A stretch of 64,000 bases of DNA from positions 124,001 through 188,000 of the forward strand of contig NIVC01000481.1 in the NCBI GenBank assembly GCA_002269645.1, in the 5' to 3' direction. The DNA is from Macrostomum lignano (taxonomy: Eukaryota). Shown piece after piece: positions 48,616-62,599 of this stretch; within the stretch, counting starts at the first letter, position 1; each line of letters starts with the position of its first letter. The notes under the pieces are model-generated. The model was given only the letters and a program-made list of their open reading frames with translations. It was not told the origin of the DNA and did not search any database. The translations under genes and the position numbers were made by a program.

Positions 48616-51600
48616 ATGCATTTCTTCACCCCAATATGCCTGCTTTTGTTGGCTTCCACTGCTCTGTGCGGTCGCAGCAGAAATGAAACCGAAGCCAGAA
48701 TTTGGCTGAAAGATTTCACTGAGATTTACAGAAAATATCTGACAGCAATGCACGAAGCAGCTTGGACTGCTCAAGTAGGCTTGAGTCCTGGCAACCAGAG
48801 TGAGAAGGCCGAGAATTTGACGGATTACGGAGAATTCCGCCGCATGAAGCGATTAGAAATGGATCAGCTGTTTGATTGGCGCAATTTTCGGAATGAAACC
48901 TTGAGACGATTGTTCTCCAAGGCGGCCGACATTGGCTTCTCTGTTCTGAACGATACGGAAAAACGAACGCTCGTGAGATCTCAGACTGTCATAAATCATG
49001 TTGAAATTTCCGAGATTCCCTGCCCAAGATTCCCCTCTTAAGATTCCCTTCCCGAGACTCAATACCAGAGATTCCTCTGCCCGAGATTCCCCTTCCCAAG
49101 ATTCCCCTTCCCGAGATTCCCCTGCTCGAGATTCCCCTTCCCGAGATTCCCCTTCCTGAGATTCCCCTTCCCGAGATTCCCCTGCCCGAGATTCCCCTTC
49201 CCGAGATTCCCCTTCCCGAGATTCCCCTTCCCGAGATTCCCCTTCCTGAGATTCCCCTTCCCGAGATTCCCCTGCCCGAGATTCCCCTTCCCGAGATTCC
49301 CCTTCCCGAGATTCCCCTGCCCGAGATTCCCCTTCCCGAGATTCCCCTTCCCGAGATTCCCCTGCTCGAGATTCCCCTTCCCGAGATTCCCCTTCCCGAG
49401 ATTCCCGTTCCCGAGATTCCCCTTTCCAAGATTCTCTTTCCCGAGATTTTCTTCCTGAGATTCCCTACCCAAGATTTCTCTCCCAAGATTCCCTTCCCGA
49501 GAATTTCTGCCTAAGATTCCCTTCCTGAGATTCCCTACGCCAGATTCCCTACCCGAGATTCCCTATTAGAAATTCCCTTAATGGAGATTCCCTAATTGAG
49601 ATTCCCCTTCTCGAGATTCCCCTACTCGAGATTCCCCTTCCCGAGATTCCCCTCCCGAGATTCCCCCTCCCGAGATTCCCCTTCCCGAGATTCCCCCTCC
49701 CGAGATTCCCCTTCCCGAGATTCCTTTTCTTCCACCATTCCTATCAAAGCCGGTCAACCGCACGCATTTTCAGCGCAACAAGCTGATCTCCCAAATGTCA
49801 AATGTCTACCGATTGGCGACAGTTGAAGATCCAAGCACGAAGCAAAAGATTCCTTATTCACCTAGTAAGATACGAATTCGTTAAGTAATAGAATATTTTT
49901 ATATCTAATAATTAATTAATGCAGGTATTATGGACTCAGGTTAAGCATCGGAGGCTGCATAGGTACGAGTAGCCTAGAATTATTCTTAAAACACATAAGC
50001 CTTTATTAGCTTCAGAATTATCAAGGATTAGCTACTGAAGTATCAAGGATTAGCTACTGAAATATCAAGGATTAGCTATTAAAGTATCAAAGATTAGCTA
50101 CTAAAGTATCAAGGATTAGCTACTGAAGTATCAAGGATTAGCTACTGAAGTATCAAGGATTAGCTACTGAAGTATCAAGGATTAGCTACTGAAGTATCAA
50201 GGATTAGCTACTGAAGTATCAAGGATTAGCTACTGAAGTATCAAGGATTAGCTACTGAAGTATCAAGGATTAGCTACTGAAGTATCAAGGATTAGCTACT
50301 GAAGTATCAAGGATTAGCTACTGAAGTATCAAGGATTAGCTACTGAGGTATCAAGGACTAGCTACTGAGGTATCAAGGATTAGTTATTGAAGTATCAAGG
50401 ATTTGCTACTGAAGTATCAAGGATTAGCTACTGAGGTATCAAGGATTAGCTACTGAGGTATCAAGGATTAGCTACTGAGGTATCAAGGATTTGCTACTGA
50501 AGTATCAAGGATTAGCTACTGAAGTATCAAGAACTAGCTACTGAAGTATCAAGGATTTGCTACTGAAGTATCAAGGATTAGCTACTGAAGTATCAAAGGC
50601 GACTGGCTGAGGGTTGCGAACTAAATGTCGATCACTTTCTCCGATCCTCCTGCACCAGACGTGAGCAATCTGATGAGCGATGTCCAAGTGTCAGAAGAGG
50701 CCAAACGACTCCTGTGGACACGATGGCAAGATGCCACGGGTAGGCGAGTGAGACAGGCGTACCAGCAGTACGTGGAGCTAACAAGAGAACTGTCGGTTGA
50801 GGCCGGATTCGACAACTACGCCCAATACTGGCAGTCGAGTTATGAGCCAAAACCTGGGCAGGACTTTGAGAAGCTCATGTCAGACCTGCTGCTAGCTGTG
50901 ATGCCGCTCTACAAAGAGCTGCATGCCTATGTCAGGCACGCGCTCAAGAAGCGATACGGTGAGGAGATCTTCCCGCCAACCGGCCACATCCCGGCACACA
51001 TTCTGGGCCACATGAGCGGCGCCAGGTGGAGTGATTTGATTTCTATCAGTCAGCCGTTTCCTGACGAGCCCAAGATTGATATTACTCGGGAAATGAAGGA
51101 GCAGGTGAGAAGAGCCTTGTACAGCAGCGCCTGCATCAGGGTTTCTTAAGGAATCTAGGAGAGTTCTGGTTACTATGAGGATCTGAGTTGCTCTAGGGAT
51201 CTGGGTTGCTTTGGGGATCTGGGAATTGCTATGAGGATCTGGGTTGCTATGGGGATCTGAGTTGCTCTAGGGATCTGGGTTGCTATGGGGATCTGGGAAT
51301 TGCTATGAGGATCTGGGTTGCTATGGGGATCTGAGTTGCTATGGTGATCTGGGTTGCTACGGGGATCTGGATTGCTATAAGGACCCGAGTTGCTATGGGG
51401 ATCTGGGAATGGCTAAGAGGATCTGGGTTGCTATGGGGATCTGGGTTGCTATGGGGATCTGAGTTGCTATGGTGATCTGGGTTGCTATGGGAATCTGAGT
51501 TGCTATGGGGATCTGGGTTGCTATGGGGATCTGAGTTGGGATGGGGATCTGAGTTGCTATTGGGATCTGAGTTGCTATGGGGATCTGGGTTGCTATGGGG

Positions 51601-54600
51601 ATCTGGGTTGCTATGGGGATCTGAGTTGCTATGGGGATCTGAGTTGCTATAAGGATCTGAGTTGTTATGATTTGGCTTGCCAGTTGTATTTGAGTTGCTA
51701 TGAGGATCTGGGTTATTATGGAGATCTGGGTTGTAATGGGGATCTGGGTTGCTATTGGGATAATGGGATCTGGGTTGCTATGCGATCTAGGTGGAGGCGC
51801 AACCTAGTGGTCTAGCGCCAGCGGCTCAGGCTCGATTCCAAGTGCAGTAGCTCGTAACATTCATTTTGGGGCTAAATTTGGAATTGTAATCATGAGGGCC
51901 AACCCCCAAGGCACATTGAAGTGTACATGTCTAACGATACATAAAGTTGGGGCCGCTGTACACTCCTGTGTGAGTGTATGCCTGTGCGTATGACTGCGTA
52001 CGTATCCGCGCGCTTGTGTGCCTGCTCAGGGGAGTCGGCCGCGGAATGGGCAGCAATGCCTCTCGCCGGTTGTGCGACAATTTGTGTGCACAGCCAGGGT
52101 GCGCACAACCCTTGCCTCCGACTAAAATGGGGACCTAGGTTTGCTATGGGGATCCAGGCTTCTATGAGTGACCTGGGTTGCAAGGAAGATTCAGGAAATC
52201 CCTAGGATACCAGGGAATCTTGTTGGGGCAGGGTGAATGGAAGGATCGGATTTGCTGAGGTGTGAGTTGCTATCCATGCAGAAGGAAAAAGAGGCCAAAC
52301 ATGAGTCAATGTTTACTGGCTGTAAAATACCAAATAATTTAGAAAATAAACAAGCGTACAATACGACCTCGACTCTACCTACCCTTAACGCAGAAATGGA
52401 CAGTGAAACGAATATTTGAGGTTAGCGAAAATTTTTTCGCTTCGCTAGGCTTGGGCAAAATGACCGACACCTTCTGGGAGAAGTCCATGATGGAGAAACC
52501 GCCTGGCCGATCTGAGATTCTGTGCCAGGCCTCTGCCTGGGATTTCTACACAAACCGAGGCGACTTTCGAATCAGGCAGTGCACCTCGGTTGACGTCCAC
52601 TTCCTCACTGTGACGCACCACGAAATGGGTCACGTGCAATATTTTATGCAGTACGAGCACCAGAACGTGCTGTTTCGCAGAGGCGGCAACCCCGGCTTCC
52701 ACGAGGCCATCGGAGACACCATTGCGCTGTCGGTAATGACGCCGAGTTATCTGAGAATGATAGGACTGCTCAAAGCCGGCAACAAGTCCAAAGAGTTCTA
52801 TGCTAATTTGCTTTACCTGGTGGCTTTGAAAGAGATCGCTATTCTGCCTCAAAGCTACCTGGTGGATCATTATCGGTACAAGCTGTTCAAGGACGAGGTG
52901 CCCCAGCACCGCTGGAATGCTGAGTGGGTGAACCTGCGATGCCGCCTGATGGGGCTTTCCAGTCCGGTGTTGCGATCGGAAGAGGACTTCGATCCGGGGT
53001 CCATTTATCACGTGGTGGCTGATGTGGAGTACATGAGGTTGTCTATTTGTTTTATTTTTCTCTCAATCTTTCTGTTCATCCTACTATGTAAGAAGATTGA
53101 CTATACTCAATCGTTATACTCAATCGTATCATTTCCAGGTACTTTGTCAGCACTCTACTGACGTTCCAATTTCACAAGTCGCTCTGCAACGCTGCTGGAG
53201 TTACAGAAAATTTGCATAAATGCTGCATTTACAATAGCTCAGCGGCCGGTGCGAAACTGAAGTAAGGATTAAGTGTTAAAGTCTTTTATACTGCATGCGT
53301 GAATGCTTCATGATGCATAAACAAAGATTACCCAGTCCTGAAAAGCAGGGGGCTGTGTGCACCTTGGGCGCACTTTTAGCGGCATTGTCACACAACCGGC
53401 GAGAGGCATTGCTGCCCATTCCGCAGACTCCCCTGAGCAGGGACACAAGCGCGCGGATACGTACGCTGTCATACGCACAGGCACACACTCACACAGGAGT
53501 GTACAGCGGCCCTAACTTTATTTTATTGTTAGACATGTACAGGCGCGTCGCCACCTGGGGGGGGGGACAGGGGGGACACGTCCCAATACTTTGTCCCCCC
53601 CCACCCCACTTTGTCAGTCGTTGTAGTAATCAATAACTTTTCTTCAGGGCGCCAAAATATAGCGCATTCGGCGCTAAAATGAGTGCCTACGGCGCTAAAA
53701 TGAGTGCCTACGGCGCTAAAATGAGTGCCTGCGGCGCTAAAATGAGTGCCTGCAGCGCTAAAATGAGTGCCTTCGGCGCTAAAATGAGTGCCTGTAGCGC
53801 TAAAATGAGTGCCTACGGCGCTAAAATGAGTGCCTACGGCGCTAAAATGAGTGCCTACGGCGCTAAAATGAGTGCCTGCAGCGCTAAAATGAGTGCCTTC
53901 GGCGCTAAAATGAGTGCCTACGGCGCTAAAATGAGTGCCTGCGGCGCTAAAATGAGTGCCTGCAGCGCTAAAATGAGTGCCTTCGGCGCTAAAATGAGTG
54001 CCTGTAGCGCTAAAATGAGTGCCTTCGGCGCTAAAATGAGTGCCTGCAGCGCTAAAATGAGTGCCTGCGGCGCTAAAATGAGTGCCTGCGGCGCTAAAAT
54101 GAGTGCCTGCGACGATAAAAGGAATGCCTGCGGCGCCAAAATGAGTGCCAAAATTTAGTCGTGTACATGTTGAATTCTTGGCTTTATCCCCTCTCTACCA
54201 TACAATCCATGGCGACGCCCCTGGGCATGTACAGTTCACTGAGCCTTGGGGGTTTGGCCCGAGCCGAGCAGAGATTCCAATTCTGCCCCAAATTAATGCG
54301 ACTGCACTTGGAATCGAGCCTGGGCCGCTGAATTTAAAGATCGTTTCTGGATTCCCAATCGTGGACACTGTTGATGAAATGAAAAAGTTAGGACAGAATG
54401 TAAACACGTATATTACTTCTCGATTTTTTTCAGAGCTCTGCTGTCAAAAGGATCATCTGAGCATTGGGAAGACACCTTATTTGAAATTAGCGGAGTCAAG
54501 CACATCAGCGCCCAGCCACTGCTGGATTATTTTGAGCCGTTGTACACCCTGATACGGGCAGAAAACGCCAGGAACAATGTCACAGTGGGCTGGGAGGCTG

Positions 54601-54749
54601 ACTGTCCTCAACCCAATTGGTATTCGAGTCTGGCGTCAACGACGTCCGCTGGCCCAGTTAGCGGAGTTTCAACAGCTGTCTGCTGGATTTTTCACCTCTG
54701 GATCGGTTTCATCGCGATTGTATTGCCTGCAGTCTGGATAGACTGCTAA
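48616..54749 (+). CDS. ACE: Single-domain ACE-like peptidase (M2), paralog B, 658 aa
   Basis: Exons 48616-48972, 49774-49864, 50659-51104, 52394-53037, 53139-53261, 54434-54749 (1977 nt; phases 0, 1, 0, 2, 2). Signal peptide, [19 protein letters not shown] and a hydrophobic C-terminus. Confidence 0.95.
49005..49730. repeat. 15-bp minisatellite GAGATTCCCCTTCCC in ACE-B intron 1
   Basis: Direct inspection. Confidence 0.95.
50020..50597. repeat. 22-bp minisatellite TATCAAGGATTAGCTACTGAAG in ACE-B intron 2
   Basis: Direct inspection. Confidence 0.95.
51170..51790. repeat. 18-bp minisatellite GGGGATCTGGGTTGCTAT in ACE-B intron 3
   Basis: Direct inspection. Confidence 0.93.
51922..52082 (-). mobile_element. 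Dispersed repeat, copy B (inverted), in ACE-B intron 3
   Basis: Its reverse complement aligns to 20682-20837 and 53384-53541. Confidence 0.85.
53384..53541 (+). mobile_element. Dispersed repeat, copy C, in ACE-B intron 5
   Basis: Aligns to copies A and B. Confidence 0.85.
53662..54152. repeat. 21-bp minisatellite GGCGCTAAAATGAGTGCCTAC in ACE-B intron 5
   Basis: Period 21, giving the GAKMSAY ORF. Confidence 0.95.
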
Positions 54750-57700
54750 TATTAGCTAACCATTTTTCAGGCAATTCTTAAAACTATCTTCATGCTACAT
54801 TATTTATTAGACATTTGCAAGTAAAACCAAACAGTAAAACCAAACTCGTTATACGCGTAATAAAGCATGTAAATTATAAAAAAAAACCTTGTTTGCATAT
54901 ACGAATTCATTAGCATATATCTCGAAATGACTTGTTTTGATAAGGAATACCAGACAAATAATTTGCTGAGCTAAAGCAGCTGTCTGAAAATACAAAATTA
55001 ATGAAGCTTCGTAGCTGGATTCCGATTTCAATTCACCTCTGTAGCAATTAAAACACTGAGAAAAAAATATATTTCGCATTTGTGGCTTGCTGAAATGGTA
55101 TGTTTGCAATTGTTTTGGCAGCATAAACTGCAAAATTAAATCCTAAAACCAAACATTTAAAGTTAAAATGCATGGAATCCTCTTTATCGCTGGTTTAACA
55201 TTTTTCGTTACTTTTTGTTTTTTATTCATCACATTGGTACGTGGCCGCGTCAGCAGTCTGAAGTGCAGCGTGCTGCAGGGATATTTTCCACAAACAAAAC
55301 ATAGAGAACCATAGACAGACAACAAACGGGAAATCAATTTTTTTTTAACTGATGAGAAAAATTTGGGTCATAGCTGGCCGATGGGCATGGTTAAGGTTTC
55401 TTTAATCCAGCATATACATGTATTAAAAATCTATAATTTGTATATGGCATAATAAAACCTTCTGTAAAGTGAAGGCCGGGCCTACCTAGTAGAAGGCTAG
55501 TATGTTCGCTTCGTATATTAGCGAGCTGGCAATATAGAGGCAACTCTTGGAATGTCATAGGGCGGATTATACGCTAAAACATAGAATATCGAATGTTAAA
55601 GATAAAATTCCAATGATCAGGGATTAGAAAGTGAGCCGATTTCCGTCAGTATAGCTAATTTCCTTTTGCAGCCATCGCGGTACTCGACCAATTCTTTGCA
55701 GGAACCAATTAAGCGGTAAATCCCCATCCAGAAAAGATAATCACCCCAAACATCTTTGAAACTATAGCATGACAAGCAGACTTGCGAGAAAAGTAATTGT
55801 CTATGGCCAAAAGGAAAGCTAGTGACCGCGCGGCTGCGTCTTTTTCAATCCTTCGGCTGTCGACGGCATTCCATCTACAACAACAAGGACGACTTTAAAA
55901 GATTACGTCTGTGTGTCATAACGTTCGATATTTTCTGTGCTAAAACTAGTCTGTTGAACAGAGAGTGGATCGTGAATGCATGCTGTACGTAAGAGGTGGT
56001 TTGGAGTTTGAAATTAACCAAATTAATAGGCAATAGCGAAAAACCAATTCCAATTGCCTGACGAATTTCAGTTCTTATCTGGTAAACATGAATTCGTTGG
56101 GCGCTCTTGCACCGCACCAAATTGGACGCAGTAAAAACCAAATAAGAAGCAAAAAGGTATTATATCGGCCTAAAATATTTAAATATCATCGTGAGAATGT
56201 TAAGAAAAAACCGTAAAAAATTCTTGACGCCCTTTCAAATACCTTACTTAATACAAATATCGTGTAGTACTCGTTTTCAGCGACCGTGTAAAATTTAACC
56301 TTTTGAATAAATACTAAATAAATCGGTTCATACATCGGTGCATAACAGGCTCCTTAAGCCTGAGCCAAATTTACTACTACTACTACTACTACTAAGAAAT
56401 TTCGATTTTTTACGAGCATATTACTGAATAAACATTTAAACGAAGATAAATCTGATATACTGTTTTATAGTATGAAAGTTTATATATAACATTAGCTCGA
56501 AAAGAAAATATTTTATTAAAATCTAAAAATATTTTTTGTTAAAAAATATTACCTTTTAAACTTATTGTTTAATGGTCTTTTCAATTTCTAAGATTTTCAA
56601 CATCAAAGTCAGGTCCGGGCCCGCGCGTCGTCTTCTTCGATCATCATTTGTATTATGACTCTGTCTGTGATTGGGATTGTTATGTAATATTCCAGTTGAG
56701 TAGATCGCGCGGTAAATTAATAATTTCATAAATTAATATAATAACACTATTCTCTAACAGCACACATTTAATAAGTTACCTATTTCTAACTAGGCCTGCC
56801 TGTCGTGCATACCTTTCTGACTACTTTGAGCCAAATAACTCTATGATGAAGTTAGCTTCAATGGCAGTTCTATTCGGTTTAAAATATACCGATTCAATTT
56901 TTGCTATACTAATATAGGTTTAATTTAGGCTTCTCTTTTAGTAACTTCTAGTTTATATTAAATATATATTAGTTATATTATGAGCAATATAAATAATATT
57001 ATTGTTGGTTGTGATTAGGCCTATCTCTGTCTGTTAGTTCTTTGTCTGTTCTCTGCCTTGGGTTTTTTTACTAATTCTTACTTCTATCTCTAAGTATAGG
57101 TTTATTATGTTCATTTCTAAATCAAATACATATGGACTATATTATCTAAGAGGCTAGGACCTAGGCTATGTAATTTTGCCTTATCATGTCTCATGACCAT
57201 TTACTAGGCCCTACTCTTAGAAACTAGCGAGTGTATAATAGTTTAAAATAAAAAAAATAGTTTTTAGAGGCCAATTTAGTATTTTGGATAAAAAATCAAG
57301 ATGCCAATTAGAATGTTAAGATGTCATGGTATCTCCATAGGGTTAAGGTCTATATACTTAAAAAATTAAGGTTAAGCTATTGGTTCAAGTTAATTATTGC
57401 TTGGCTATAGGCTTATAACTTTATCAATTGAATAAAGTATTAAGTAGAGATCTCAATTCCCTAAGCTAAGCTTAAGCAAGTTGCACCTTAGCCTAGGGAC
57501 ATATAATTTTTTGGCAAAACCCTAGAGTCGCTAGAGTCTCCAGTAAAGAATAAATTTATTTAAAGTTCTAGACTAGAAAAGCTATAGGGCCTACATATAA
57601 TATAACAAGTTGACTATATATACTCTAATTATATTTCACTAGACCTATGTATACTTATAACTGCTTATACAATAAGAATATTATGTATATAGAGTATAAA

Positions 57701-60700
57701 ACTCACTGGTAGAAAAAGTATAAAAAGTAAAAATGCAACTAAAATTCTAAATGCCACTTTGAAAAATTGTAATATGACAAATTGCTTATTTGCTATCTTG
57801 TTGTTTGACAACCTAAATACTTATTTGCTTGTCTGCTTGGCTATCTTCCTAATTGCCTAAACATCTATCTACCTGCTTGCCTGCTTGTCTGTCTGTTTGT
57901 CTATTTTAGTGCCTATCTGTTTTTCTTTATCTGCTATACAAATTTTGTTAGGCATAATTGCTGCAATATTCAGATCATAGTTTTTAGGCAACTTGAAACT
58001 CATAGATGCTACTATTAGCAATTGAAATACCCATATAACACAGTCAGCTTTGATAGTGTCATCATTGAATTCTAAAAGCACTTTTATTAGAGTCACACCA
58101 ACAAAAGTATATTCTTTGCCACAATTATAATGATTATATTGAATTTTATTTAAAAACTTCTCAAAACAAATAGACTTTTAATTCAATTATTTTCTCTAAT
58201 TGCCTAAAACCCTAAGGTCAAAACCCCAAAATCTTTTGAAGTCCTTAAGAAGAGCTCCCTAAGGTTAATATCCCTAGTATAAATTGAGTGTGAATAAAAT
58301 TTTATGTAGTGCCTAGTGCATAAGCATGCTATTTTTGTTTTTTTCTTAGATATTTAGTTGACTTAATTTAATATAAATGAGCTTTTACTTTTAGTATGGT
58401 AGCAAATACTAAACTATTATATTGTTTAATCTTGTTACTAAGCAAGCCTTGCAATGTAGTATAGTGTCAGTTGTTTAGAATGTTTACTGTTTACAACATA
58501 GAAACACATTTTAAATATGCACTCAGGTTATAAATATATAGCTAAGTTTATTTTATCATGTAGCTATTATGAATAAAAATTGCAGTTGGAAAAGTTTGCT
58601 AAGAGCTAAGCTAGAAGATAAAAAAAATGACAAGTTTACCAGTTACCTATTAGCTTATTAGTTTTCAAATATCAGACTTTACCAAGTTTTTCATTGCCTA
58701 AGAGTATATATATATATATACTGACACCATTTTAAACATGCATGTACTCAATTGCTAATTCACCAGCTAGTACATACATACACAACACCTGGACAGTCTG
58801 GCTGATTTGGTCAGGTGATAAGAGATCTAGCCATAGTAAGTAACAAAAATGCTGACCTGAAAAGAAATTGGACAAAAAGAGGGGAAGAAAGTTGGGAATG
58901 TTTTGAGCCAGTATAAATTATGGTAGGCCAAAGGTAAGTAGCAAAATCTATTTTCAATTGAATTTCATTAAAGGGTGCCTTTAAATCTAATTTTAGATCT
59001 AGATTGTATCTAGAGCACATAGATAATTAGTTGTACATGAGTGCTAGGTCTCTAGAGTCGTGTAGGTGATTAAGGCTTTAGAAATGTCCATGTTTTTTCT
59101 CAAGAGTTTTTATGTATATTCATACATGCGCAAAAGTCGGCCAAGTCGGCCGATCTGGCCGACCAATTTGGCAGCCGACCAAGGAAGTTGCAAAAACGCC
59201 CACCCAAGAAAAACACGAAGTAGTACTAAGTAGCTGACGAGGCATTTTGGCTTAATAAGACAGTTATAGTTACTCCTGCCGTTTACCCAAAGTTGCGTTA
59301 ATTTTGCTTTAGGGTTTTTTACATGTAAGTCGCATTTTTGGCCAAAAACTACGTCGTGTATATTTGTGTCATTTACATTTAAATAAAACCAGTTTTAATT
59401 CTCCTGGTCAAGCTGTCGACTTGCCAACATGCATGTTTGAATTAAGTCCTGCTGACTCCTACACAGCAAATTTAGTGAGTTTGTTCGACCATTTTGTGGG
59501 CTGCTTTAGACAGAAAACACTTTCAAGATTGTGTGCTATGGAACTTTTTATCCATGCATTCTATTTTTAGAGCACCTTGTGCGTCGATTTGCGTCTGTGG
59601 AGTTGAAAGTAGCAAAGTAAAAAGCTTTTTATAGGTTTTTTCTCTCTCTGCCTCTCTTGAGAAAAAAATTCGAATCTTTCGCCACTGAATAGATCGACAG
59701 ATTGAAGGAAAACAGTTAGTTTAGTTGCCAGAGCGGAGACCAAGTTTGAACTTGGAGCTGAATAAACCTCAAGCTTAGCAACTGCAATGCCAGAGTGCAG
59801 TGTTCCTGCCGAAAGCGAGCTACGATAGCATAATAGTTACCTGAGAGCTCGAAGCCTCGGTTTTTAAGAGCTAACAAAACTAAAAGAAGGAGAAAAGACA
59901 GAAGACTCCATATGGCATGCGCGTTGATGCAAGGTAAACAGCAACGAATACTAGAAGAAAGTCTAAATTTAGCTCCTATACATAATAAAAGTGGTCTCAT
60001 ATTGTACATCATATCGCGTGCAAATCTTATTCATCAGCGTCCAGCGAACTCGAAAGACTGGAAGAGAGAGAGAGAGAGAGAGGTAGAGAAAGACAGAAAT
60101 AAAAGCGAAACGATTCGCCTTAGTAATCTTTATTAGTCTAGTTTATCTAGCCTAGATCTTTTGTGTGTGTGTGTGTGTGTGTATATATGTATATTATGTA
60201 CACGAAATACACAGCGTGTGACGGTGTCTGCTGTACAACTGTCAACAAGCCTATCGCAGTCATTTACTTATAAGACACTATCGCTCTCAGTTTTGAACCT
60301 ATTATATCACCCAGCAGCAAGCGTTTGACTAACACTATAACCTACCTTAGTTTTCCTATCTGTCTTGAAGGTTAAAAATAATACTTTGTTCAGAAATAGC
60401 TTTGCTGACTGATAGTCAAGGCTGACAGAAGCTTACGGCGATAAGTAAGACAGAAGATTGAAAGAGCTTTATGAAACGATAAGGTTTCTGTTGGTTTTAA
60501 AAACTGTCTTCACAGTGAAAGCGTCTATTAAATTTTACGTTTTTCATTTAAGTTTTACTGCACTGAGCGATAAACAATTCAATTCTGGAAGGCAGCTTTG
60601 GATTCATCACCAATCAGAAGCAAGCGGGTAACAAAACGCACTGTTCAAGCTTATTTTGTGCCCTCTTAGTTTACCCCAGTTGTGCTCCCAATAAATCGAT

Positions 60701-61074
60701 TGTTTTTTAGTTAAGCCAATGGGTTTTTTCTTTCCACTTGGGGAAAATAGATTTTTCTCCAATATTAATTCGGGCGTTACCGGTTAGTTCAGCTCATAGT
60801 TTCTGGTTGCTAGGATAGGGTGTCTTGTTTGGACTTTCTGCCTTCTGGCTCTTAATCACTATTGTTGCGTGTTTGAGAGATTAGGGGCGATCTTTTATAG
60901 CTGTCGTTTGTCACGCTCACCTTTGTTTTCAATATAGCAAACGAAATATTCTGATTTATGATTAGTAATCTTTTAGTTTGTGCTTAGGTTTCTTTTTTAA
61001 TAGGTTTTTATTTCTCAGGCTAGGACTTCTGAGGGTGCGATTTCTGAAGTTGGGATTTCCGAGGCACTAATTTA

Positions 61075-61650
61075 GTGGTGAGATTCTCAAGCCACTGATC
61101 TAATGGTGAGATTCTCAAGCCACTGATCTAATGGTGAGATTCTCAAGCCACCAATCTAATGGTGAGATTCTCAAGCCACTGATCTAATGGTGAGATTCTC
61201 AAGCCACCAATCTAATGGTGAGATTCTCAAGCCACTAATCTAGCGGTGATATTCTTAAGCCATTAATCTTAGTCTCAAGCTACTAATCTAATGGTGAGAT
61301 TCTCAAGATACTAATCTAATAGTGAGATTCTCAAGACCCTAATCTAGCGGTGATATTCTTAAGCCACTAATCTTAGTCTCAAGCTACTAATCTAATGGTG
61401 AGATTCTCAAGCCACCAATCTAATGGTGAGATTCTCAAGATACTAATCTAATGGTGAGATTCTTAAGATACTAATCTAATGGTGAGATTCTCAAGATACT
61501 AATCTAATGGTGAGATTCTCAAGATACTAATCTAATAGTGAGATTCTCAAGCCACTAATCTTAGGGTGAGATTCTCAATCCACTAATCTAATGGTGAGAT
61601 TCTCAAGCCACTAATCTTAGGGTAAGATTCTCAAGCCACAAATCTTAGTA
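61075..61650. repeat. 28-bp minisatellite GGTGAGATTCTCAAGCCACTGATCTAAT
   Basis: Direct inspection. Confidence 0.92.
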
Positions 61651-62599
61651 TCGTGTTGCTGAGCTATTGATCTGGAGATAAAATTACGTAAAAGAAGGGC
61701 ATGTTTTCAGTTGAATGCATACAGTGTTGCTTATAAAGGTTGAAATTTGTCTTCTAAAATTCAATGGGAATCTTTTGAAAGAAATAACAAAATGTAGCGG
61801 AAAAAATGCGCATTTGAAAAGCTCCTTTGATGATTTTTTCAGTATTCAATCACCTTATAAGGAAACAAGAAGTCGGGTTTAAAACACGAAGGCTGCCCGT
61901 AGATTGTAATACAATTCAGATTGACTTTGGGAAACCTATACATAATATTTGACTAGACATAATTTTACAGAAACTTCTCAGTCTTTTAATTGAGTCGACT
62001 TGTGCGTTATCTATCGGCTAAAGGTCAAAGTAGCTCTTATCTTTTTTTCCAAATGGGTGGAGTGGAGTCTCATTCACTGCTTGGGGTCGCAGCAGAGTTT
62101 ACATACTCGGCTAGGATCGCGAAATCTCTGTTTTCACTTCATTTTCTGCTTGAATGAAATCTGTTTTAGTAGCGATAAAGAAATTCTCGTGGGGTATTTT
62201 TTCTCTTTTTCTCTCCCTAATCCGGTCTTCTAACCGGCTTCTTCTGTGCCTGATTTTCTTTTTCTTTCTAATCTCGTTTCGCTTTGAAATTTTTTGGCGC
62301 AAAAATGCTGAAGAAGTCTTTAATAGCGCTTAGTTGCAGTATTTGCAATGATTTTTCATTTGACGCAAGTCAACTACGAGTACTGTACATTAACAAGCGG
62401 GCTGGGCGTAATTCAAAATTATTTTTAGAAAGATTGGTTTAGATAATAAAAACACTGTCGTCTTTATAAAATTGCTAAAAATACTGACAGCTTATTTCTC
62501 CATTTTTGCATACTGCTTCTAATCTGCTTCCTAACTTATTGCCGCCTCTTTCCATGAAAGAATCCGCCACAGTTTAGCCGCAGTCTACCATATTCTTTC

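Noticed and set aside
51783-51850. Second tRNA/SINE head (ACCTAGTGGTCTAGCG...GGCTCGATTCC)
   Set aside because: Only degenerate A/B-box resemblance, with no CORE or tail.
57869-58140. Possible retroviral-type protease remnant on the minus strand
   Set aside because: No catalytic D[ST]G motif and no neighbouring RT or integrase sequence.
59364-60136. ORFs of 68-98 aa on both strands
   Set aside because: No motif and no consistent exon chain; a UTR or first exon cannot be excluded without RNA data.
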